Part shown: piece by piece, positions 44,312 to 50,866 of the stretch
Layout of the letters: each line of letters begins with the position of its first letter
Position numbering within the stretch: the first letter of the stretch is position 1
Virus record (IMG/VR): IMGVR_UViG_3300021057_000014
Span: 1 to 50,866 of that record
Reading direction: 5' to 3' (one strand)
Length of the DNA stretch: 50,866 nucleotides
Source of the DNA: a virus
Lineage: Duplodnaviria; Caudoviricetes
Notes under the pieces: model-generated
What the model was told of the DNA's origin: nothing
Database searches by the model: none
The model's input: the letters and a program-made list of their open reading frames with translations, nothing else
Translations under genes and position numbers: made by a program

Positions 44312-45376
44312 CTAGGTCACCACGTAGTTCGTTGCGTCGGCCCAGAGCCGCCACATGCCAAAGCCGGGGTCGAAGCCGATATGCACCGAGACTTGATGGG
44401 GACCAGCGCCCACCGCCTCGGGATAGCCCCCCTCGAAGGCGAGAGGGCCGTCCTCCTCGTTGCTCAACTTATAGAGTGCGTGCGCGCTGATATGGAGCGT
44501 CGAGATCGGGTTCCCGTCCGCGTCGTCCCCGACGTAGTGGAGGTCGTCGGCGTTCCCGCAATCGAAGGGACCGCCGTCCAGACGCGAGCCCCGCCCGATG
44601 ACGATGTCGCTAGAACTTCCGAGCCCTCCGTCGTAGAACTCGCCGTCCACGAAGTAGCCGCCCCGCGTATCCCCGCACCCGGTATGCGTGAGGTTGAACG
44701 CGATCACGTTCGCTTGGTTGAGCGGACGTTTGATGACCCGGAGGGGAGACTGGAGGCGCGCCACGCGCGTCTGGTCCACCGTGAAATCACCCCGCAGGTC
44801 GCAGAGCATCGAGCCCATCTTGTGATCGCCCGCCCGGTGGACCGCGACGAGGCGGGGATCGGTGGGCATGAAGATTTCGGTCTGCTTGTGCTCCTCCGTC
44901 GTCGTGAGCGCGATCCCGAACCAGTCCCAAGGGAACTTGGGCCAAGCGTCCACCCCCTCGCGCTTGGGGCGCGCGGTGGTCGTCACCTTCTTGAATCGGT
45001 CGTCCGCGCGGTATTCGGAGTCCTTCACGGGCCTGAGCGTGATGTCATTCTGGAAGGTGCCGCACGCGGGACCGGCGGGAATCGTGGGCGTGCCTATGGG
45101 CTGCGTCACGACCGGCCACGCGAACTCCCACGCCGGGATGCTCCGGGAAGACTCGTTCGGCCAGCAGAGCCCGCCCAGGACATCTCCCACACTGTCGGGA
45201 TCATAGGTCCAGTGCCCGAGGCCGATCCCCGAATCCTGCCTCCCCGTGATGCGGAGCGCCAGAATGCTCGCCCGCATATCCACGCTCCAGGCCGGATTGC
45301 CGCTGTTGTAATCCTTGTGCTGGAGCGGCAGGAATCCCAGCCCTCCCGGCTTCCGGCTGTCGGCGATGAAACTCAC
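44312..45376 (-). CDS. Putative tail protein
   Basis: 354 aa, coupled within the tail operon. Confidence 0.55.
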   Translation of the reverse strand: MSFIADSRKPGGLGFLPLQHKDYNSGNPAWSVDMRASILALRITGRQDSGIGLGHWTYDPDSVGDVLGGLCWPNESSRSIPAWEFAWPVVTQPIGTPTIPAGPACGTFQNDITLRPVKDSEYRADDRFKKVTTTARPKREGVDAWPKFPWDWFGIALTTTEEHKQTEIFMPTDPRLVAVHRAGDHKMGSMLCDLRGDFTVDQTRVARLQSPLRVIKRPLNQANVIAFNLTHTGCGDTRGGYFVDGEFYDGGLGSSSDIVIGRGSRLDGGPFDCGNADDLHYVGDDADGNPISTLHISAHALYKLSNEEDGPLAFEGGYPEAVGAGPHQVSVHIGFDPGFGMWRLWADATNYVVT

Positions 45377-47541
45377 GGCTGCACCAGCTTCAAGATCGCC
45401 GCCCGGTCGGAGGAGGAGAGGAACGAGAAGAGGCTGATCTGGGGCACCTCCGGGGGCAGCGAGACCGCCGTCGTCGCCACGCCGTCCGGGGAGAGCTGGT
45501 GGACGATCTCCGAAGCGTACCCGGCGAGCTTGACGCCGCCGTTCATGTAGCCGGTGGTCGCACCCTCGAAGCGGTCCACGAGGGAACCGTAGATCGCCGC
45601 CGCGCGAGCCTTGGCGATGGCGTTCAAGGATGCTCCGGTCGAGCGGTCGGCGTTCGTATCCTCGTTCAGGACGAGATCCGTCAGGTTGGGCTCGCCCTCG
45701 GTGATGCCGAAGATTTTCTCAATTTCCTTCGACCGGTCGTCCTTCCACTGGATGCGCGCCACCTCGACCTGAGCGCCGATCCGTACTTCCATGATCGGCC
45801 CCTTGGCGTTCGTGAGCCCCGCGTGCTGGCCCTCGGGAAGGAGGCTCCGCACGTCCGAAGGCTTGACCACGATCCGGTGGAGCTGCTGGGTCGTGTTCGG
45901 GCTGGCCGGAACCGCCGAGATGACGACGGCGAGCTTGAAGGCGGGTGAGAGTCGGGGCGGGTTGCCGCCCGCCAGCACGGTGTCGAAGGAGATCGGGCGT
46001 TCCCGCTGCACGATATTGGCGGTCGGCATCGAGTCGAGCTGCATCTGGCTGGGCAGGATCATCTCGTAGACCCGGTTAGGGTCGATGACGTAATCGACGT
46101 GGATGATGCCTTGGTCGGGGTCGGGAATGGTGAGGATCGCCGGACTCGTGACGGCGGTAGAGTCCAGATTTCCGCTCGACGGGTAGGCCGTGCGGTTGAT
46201 GCAGTAATCAAGCGGCCTGTTCTGGGCGATGTTCCTCCAGATGCTCCGCTGGGTGTACATGATGCAGTAATCGCCGTAGACGGACGCCGGGCCGCGCTGC
46301 CCGCTCTGGGGGTCGATGGTCGCCAGACGGTACGCGCGCATGGAGAGCATCCGATCCGTCCACTTCGGGTTGACTCGGAAGCTCCTCCGGTAATGGACCT
46401 GGACCGCTGCCAGACGCCCTATCCAGTTGACCAGCGTTCCGTTGGCGCTCGGTTGGTCTCCTGCAATCTGGAGCGCCGCCCAGAGGTCCATGTGCGGGAC
46501 GAACGCGCGCTGAACGAGGTCGTGATCCAGTCGCCGGGTGATCCCGACAAGCGGGAGATTCCCCCACGCGACAAACGCCTCGTCCGTCGTGATCCAGGTG
46601 TCTTGAGGGATCGTCCGGCCTCCCACCGTCAGTTGATAATCCGGGACCGGGAGGACGTTCTCCATAAGACGCGCGTCCCCGAGATCCGCGCGGGTGCTGG
46701 AGGCCGTGGCGTTCTCCACGAAGTCAAACCGCAGCTCGACCTCGCGGGTAAAGAGGACGTGAATCTCCTTGGGACGGATGAGGCTGTTCTCTACGAGGTC
46801 GGAGTGCCCTTCCCCGAAGAGTTCCGGCTGGAGGGCCTGGACGATCTCCTTCTCTCCCCCGGAGGCGCGCGAGTAGACCGTCACCGTCCCGTCGTAATCG
46901 ACGTAGACCCCCGCCTCGGGGAGGTAGGAGAGCGCGCGCTGAATCGCTTGGTCCCCCGGATCGTCGAGGGTCAGCTCCTCAATCGGGAGGCTCTGGATCT
47001 TTGAGCCGATCCGGTCGTCCACCTTGACCGGGAAGCCCTGCCCGTGGTGCTGCCGCTCTGTTTCCGAGACGGCCTTCATGACGTCGAGGACCATCGAGAG
47101 CGGCACCCAGCGGATGCCCTTGTTCAAGCTCCACTGCCAATAGGCCACCTCGGGCGCGCGGTCGAACGGCACCGCCGCTTGATCGCTCGCCAGAATGCGC
47201 TTGACCCCGACGTTCCGCCTCATGTTGTAGCGCCGGAGGACGTGGGCGTAACTCCAGAACCACCGCCGATCCGCTACCGTCACGCGCGAGACGTACTGGT
47301 TGTCGCCTGGGGCGATGTTGAGCACCCAGAGGTTGCGGACCCGGAGGGGCGTCGGCTTGGGAGGCATGGACGCCCCCGGCTCGATCACGAGTTCCACCGG
47401 CCCGCCGCTGGAGGCGACGGCCAGGGCGTCGGCGGGGGCCATGTCGAACGTCTCGATCACCGGCTGGACCCCTTCCCGGAGCGTCCAGCGCACGGGAGAG
47501 GTGCCGAGGAGGGGCTTCCCGCCCAAGGTCGCGGTCGTCAT
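45373..47541 (-). CDS. Putative tail hub/baseplate-like protein
   Basis: 722 aa; DRRW.W and G.YVDYDG.V.V patterns; gene position. Confidence 0.55.
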   Translation of the reverse strand: MTTATLGGKPLLGTSPVRWTLREGVQPVIETFDMAPADALAVASSGGPVELVIEPGASMPPKPTPLRVRNLWVLNIAPGDNQYVSRVTVADRRWFWSYAHVLRRYNMRRNVGVKRILASDQAAVPFDRAPEVAYWQWSLNKGIRWVPLSMVLDVMKAVSETERQHHGQGFPVKVDDRIGSKIQSLPIEELTLDDPGDQAIQRALSYLPEAGVYVDYDGTVTVYSRASGGEKEIVQALQPELFGEGHSDLVENSLIRPKEIHVLFTREVELRFDFVENATASSTRADLGDARLMENVLPVPDYQLTVGGRTIPQDTWITTDEAFVAWGNLPLVGITRRLDHDLVQRAFVPHMDLWAALQIAGDQPSANGTLVNWIGRLAAVQVHYRRSFRVNPKWTDRMLSMRAYRLATIDPQSGQRGPASVYGDYCIMYTQRSIWRNIAQNRPLDYCINRTAYPSSGNLDSTAVTSPAILTIPDPDQGIIHVDYVIDPNRVYEMILPSQMQLDSMPTANIVQRERPISFDTVLAGGNPPRLSPAFKLAVVISAVPASPNTTQQLHRIVVKPSDVRSLLPEGQHAGLTNAKGPIMEVRIGAQVEVARIQWKDDRSKEIEKIFGITEGEPNLTDLVLNEDTNADRSTGASLNAIAKARAAAIYGSLVDRFEGATTGYMNGGVKLAGYASEIVHQLSPDGVATTAVSLPPEVPQISLFSFLSSSDRAAILKLVQP

Positions 47542-49022
47542 CCGCTAATCCCCGCTCCCATGATGCCCCCGGCGTTGGCGACGGAGGCGCGCTTCGCCTT
47601 GCGGAACTGGATCACCGTTTCGACCTTGACCTCGGCGACGTTGACCTCGCTTGCACCGGAAAGGCCGCGCTTCAGGATCGCCGCCATCGGACGGCGCGAG
47701 ACGACGACCCAGTTGGCCGAGTTGGCGATCCCCGAGACGCCCGCCCCGGAGCGGACGAGCTTTTCCACGAAGGCGTTCGCGTCCGTCTCGGCGGTGATCT
47801 CCTCGCGCGTCTCCTCGACGGTCTTCATACGGACCGCCGGGCCGGGAAACTCGTAGTAGCTGAAGGGGTCGCCGTCCCAGACGGGACGGAGTACCCGCCC
47901 CGGAGACGTCGTGTCCGTCACGGTCACGCGCTGGCTCAGGATCGTTCCCGAGTAGGCATGGAAGGTGAGGGTCGCGCTGATCCGGTTCTCGTACTCGTCG
48001 AAGTCCGGCTTCTCGTCGATGAGGACGACCCCGATAGCCGCGACCGTGCGGGCCTCCTGGATGAGGAAGGGCCGGATCGTGTTCTGCCACTTCCCCGTCA
48101 GATCCTTCGTCCGCGTCTTGTCGATGGCGCACTGGTAAGTCACGGTCAGGACCGTGGGCCGAAGCGGGAGTACCTGAGCGTCCCCGCCTCCCGAGGTCTG
48201 GGAGATTTCGGCTACGGTGTTTCCGCCCGCGCCGGGGCTCGTGAGACCAATCGAGGTATTGGTGATCCCGAGGGGGCTTCCCGCGCTGTCGCCCGGGGCG
48301 ATCCGGTGGCGGCTGATGACGAGAACCGGGTCGATGATGTCCTGGTCGTCCACCGTCCCGAGGGCCTGATTGTGGAGGATCTCCCGGTAGACGACGGTAA
48401 AGTTCGTGACCTTATCGGTATCGGAGTACGCGACGGAGGGCTCGCCCACCTTCTCCCACGTCGCGCTGCTGTCGATGGCCGTGAGGACGGACGTCGCGTA
48501 GGTGGAAATCTGCGCGAGGTACTGGGCGAACGAGCCCGTAGTCCCGTCCGAGCTGTTGGCCGTGTAGACGCCAGAGATCGTGACCCGGCGGCGGCGACTG
48601 GGCTCGTACTCGACGTTGATCGTGGCCGTGCGACGGAAGTTCGTAGACGTGTTATCCGCCGGGAGGCCGTAGCTGATCCGCGCGCGGAAATGGCGGCTCC
48701 TCCCGGTGTCGGCGGGGTCGCCGTCCTTCGTGATGACGGGCTCGGTGTCCAGGCCCGTGTTGTCGGAGTGCTTCCGGGAGAGGAGCGTCTGGCCGTTCTG
48801 GGTGACGACGAGATCCTGCCGGGGCTTGCGGAGCGCGTCCCGAACCGCGATGATCTCCGTAGCGAACGCCGCGTCCGAGGTCGCGGTCGTTACGAACTCG
48901 AACTCGAAGTACCCGCGCTCGAACTCCTCCTCGTGGATGGTGTAGTTGTCGATCTGCCGCGCGGTCGAGCCTCCAAAGGTCACGCCCGCGTAGGTGATCG
49001 TTAACTCGCGCGTTACCGGCAT
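47538..49022 (-). CDS. Putative tail protein
   Basis: 494 aa, beta-rich, in the tail operon. Confidence 0.55.
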   Translation of the reverse strand: MPVTRELTITYAGVTFGGSTARQIDNYTIHEEEFERGYFEFEFVTTATSDAAFATEIIAVRDALRKPRQDLVVTQNGQTLLSRKHSDNTGLDTEPVITKDGDPADTGRSRHFRARISYGLPADNTSTNFRRTATINVEYEPSRRRRVTISGVYTANSSDGTTGSFAQYLAQISTYATSVLTAIDSSATWEKVGEPSVAYSDTDKVTNFTVVYREILHNQALGTVDDQDIIDPVLVISRHRIAPGDSAGSPLGITNTSIGLTSPGAGGNTVAEISQTSGGGDAQVLPLRPTVLTVTYQCAIDKTRTKDLTGKWQNTIRPFLIQEARTVAAIGVVLIDEKPDFDEYENRISATLTFHAYSGTILSQRVTVTDTTSPGRVLRPVWDGDPFSYYEFPGPAVRMKTVEETREEITAETDANAFVEKLVRSGAGVSGIANSANWVVVSRRPMAAILKRGLSGASEVNVAEVKVETVIQFRKAKRASVANAGGIMGAGISG

Positions 49023-49031
49023 ATCCCGCCC

Positions 49032-49763
49032 TTACTGGTTCAGCGACCGCGAAACGGCCTGCCCCACCGTGCGTCCGATGGCCTGCGAGACTTCCTTGGC
49101 CTTGAACTCGTTAAACTTCTTCCGCAAGCGGTCCTCGTAGGAATCCGCCTTCATGTTCTGGTCCTGGTAATAGGCGATGTTGGGGACCTGCCCCGAGAGC
49201 CGCATTCCCGCGATGGCAAGATCCGCCGTCTTCGCCCCGGCGGTGAAGATGCTCTTCACGCCGCTCTCGAAGGCTGCGAAGGACTCCCGGAGATGCTCGA
49301 GGCCCGTCTGGAGGGCCTTCATTTCCGGGCTGTTCCCCAGGAGGTCCGGGAGCGCCGCCCGGAGCCCTTCCAGGACCACCGGGGAGACTTGCGCCGCGCC
49401 GCTCGTGGCCGCGTAGCCCAGGGCGACCGCCCCGGCGGTCTTGGCGACCTTTGCGGCCCCCTCGGGGAGGAACCGTGCCGCCGCGCCCGTGGCCGCCGCT
49501 CCGAAGCGAGAGATTCCCGCCCGGTCCGACTGCCGCGCCGCCGCCTGGAGGAGCCGATCCGTCATGCTCTCCCCGCCCGCGCGAGGCCGCGCCTCTCCCC
49601 CCGTGCCGGGGAGCTTCGCGCCGGTGGTCTTGAGGACGCGCTCTTGGATGCTGGCGGCGAGGCGGTTCTGCCGCTGAAGGTTCGCCTGAAGCTCCTTGAG
49701 CTTTCGCTCGGAGTCGGCGAAGTCCACCTCGACGCGCATCTGGACGGGGCCGACGTTCGTCAT
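49032..49763 (-). CDS. Short tape-measure-like protein (243 aa)
   Basis: N-terminal V...VD pattern, helical and Ala/Gly-rich; in the TMP position. Confidence 0.45.
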   Translation of the reverse strand: MTNVGPVQMRVEVDFADSERKLKELQANLQRQNRLAASIQERVLKTTGAKLPGTGGEARPRAGGESMTDRLLQAAARQSDRAGISRFGAAATGAAARFLPEGAAKVAKTAGAVALGYAATSGAAQVSPVVLEGLRAALPDLLGNSPEMKALQTGLEHLRESFAAFESGVKSIFTAGAKTADLAIAGMRLSGQVPNIAYYQDQNMKADSYEDRLRKKFNEFKAKEVSQAIGRTVGQAVSRSLNQ

Positions 49764-50272
49764 GTGGCCGTTACCCAGGCTTCAAACGTGTAGTCCCGGA
49801 AGGCAACGAAGAGGCTGAACGCCTCGTCGGCGAAGCCCGTCCCCACGTCTCCCTTTTTGCGGAACTGGAGCGTGACGGATTCGAGAGCGTTCAGCTTCCC
49901 GATGGCGTTGTAAAGCTCCTGCTCGACCTCCAAGAGCCCACGCCCTTCGGATTTGGTCGCGCCGCCCGACTTGTTCGCCCCGATGAGGGGCTTCTCGCCC
50001 ACCACGTCTCCCGGCCCGACCGTCACCACACGCACCCGGACGTTGAGGCGCAGCCAGTCCGGCTCCTCGTCATGCTCGGGATCGCTGTCTGCGGACGAGA
50101 GTTCGATCAGGCAGATGGGAGGCCGCATGGACCGCACCGCCGAGCCCATCGCGGTCTCGATGGAAGGGACGACCGCGACGGAGCCCGTGGGAAAGACGAC
50201 GTTCGCCGAGCCCGTCCAGGTCTGGGCGATGATCTCGCTCTTGATCGTGGACATGAGGGAAGACTCGTTCAC
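49760..50272 (-). CDS. Putative tail terminator/completion protein
   Basis: 170 aa; P.CLI pattern; tail context. Confidence 0.5.
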   Translation of the reverse strand: MNESSLMSTIKSEIIAQTWTGSANVVFPTGSVAVVPSIETAMGSAVRSMRPPICLIELSSADSDPEHDEEPDWLRLNVRVRVVTVGPGDVVGEKPLIGANKSGGATKSEGRGLLEVEQELYNAIGKLNALESVTLQFRKKGDVGTGFADEAFSLFVAFRDYTFEAWVTAT

Positions 50273-50577
50273 GGGAGTTTCCCTTCCAGGGCTTCACGGA
50301 CGGCGGCGTCCTCGCCCTTGAGGATGCGGACGGCTTCGGCGGGATGGGTGAGAAAGTACGCTACTTGCGCCGCTTCTTCGAGCCGGATGCGGTTCCGGGC
50401 TTCGATGAAGGCGGCTCGGGAGGCTTCGCCGAGGGTGGCGTAGTCTTGGGCCGATAGTGCCACTCCAGCACGGAGAAAGGCTTCGGCACTATCGTAAAGG
50501 ACACTCTGACGGTCATCGGTGATTTCTACCTGAGAATCACCAATTATAGACAGGAACCAATCGAGTTTAAAGGACAA
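50269..50577 (-). CDS. Hypothetical protein (tail assembly chaperone-like position)
   Basis: TTG start with AGGAGG SD, after the putative tail tube gene. Confidence 0.55.
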   Translation of the reverse strand: MSFKLDWFLSIIGDSQVEITDDRQSVLYDSAEAFLRAGVALSAQDYATLGEASRAAFIEARNRIRLEEAAQVAYFLTHPAEAVRILKGEDAAVREALEGKLP

Positions 50578-50866
50578 GATTCGCCCTCCTGCCCGTGTCG
50601 TAGACCCGCCCGCTGGAGTCCGGCGTCCCGTAGAAGACGAGCGCGAGCCCGTACTCCTCCCCGAGCGACATCTGGAGCTTGGCCGACTCGTCGATCGCCG
50701 GGATGGCGTTGTAGAGGATGAGGAACGGATGGTCCGTCCGCGCGCGCGCGGCGAAGAGGAGCTTCCCCGCTCGCGTGAAAAGGCTCGTCCCTGCGCGGGT
50801 GTTGGCCGTCGTCCCGCCCGGACGAAAGAGCCAGTGAATCCCCGAGGAGCCGCTGGCGATGGCTTT
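50567..50866 (-). CDS. 3' part of the join-spanning putative tail tube gene
   Basis: ...KLLFAARARTDHPFLILYNAIP...RRANLVL*. Confidence 0.6.
   Translation of the reverse strand, partial: KAIASGSSGIHWLFRPGGTTANTRAGTSLFTRAGKLLFAARARTDHPFLILYNAIPAIDESAKLQMSLGEEYGLALVFYGTPDSSGRVYDTGRRANLVL
50724..50866. repeat. Terminal direct repeat (copy 2)
   Basis: Matches 1-141 with a +2 bp difference. Confidence 0.95.

Overview
The window looks like a complete, circularly permuted, high-GC (~50.7 kb) tailed dsDNA phage genome. Bases 1-141 recur at 50724-50866 with a 2-bp indel, and one gene reads through the join. It carries Mu-like head genes (DUF935 portal, gpF-like, protease/scaffold, gpT-like capsid, gp36- and gpG-like), terminase, a divergent and apparently short-tail module, a replication/recombination module (annealing protein, RuvC, initiator with iterons, DnaB) and a XerC/D-like tyrosine recombinase. 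The standout signal is at 27592-28692 (minus strand): a solo Cas7/RAMP-like gene followed directly, from the last base of its stop codon, by a 472-nt non-coding array of 91 pentamers of the form N-G-Y-N-N. The array is split into 17 blocks by single-nucleotide phase shifts and ends in a T7 tract. This suggests a compact, non-CRISPR, RNA-guided system with a gapped guide code (VIPR-like, but with NGY rather than GGY). The second major feature is a ~10 kb glycan synthesis/modification cluster plus a tandem two-domain GroES, placed between the portal and head genes and suggesting virion glycosylation. Also present are strong-promoter cassettes of small genes with palindromic operators and paralogous tiny Zn-finger proteins, RHH proteins with shared operator-like repeats, solo antitoxin/anti-restriction-like domains, and two structured non-coding regions. 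All protein calls come from motif recognition and gene context by eye; no database searches were run.
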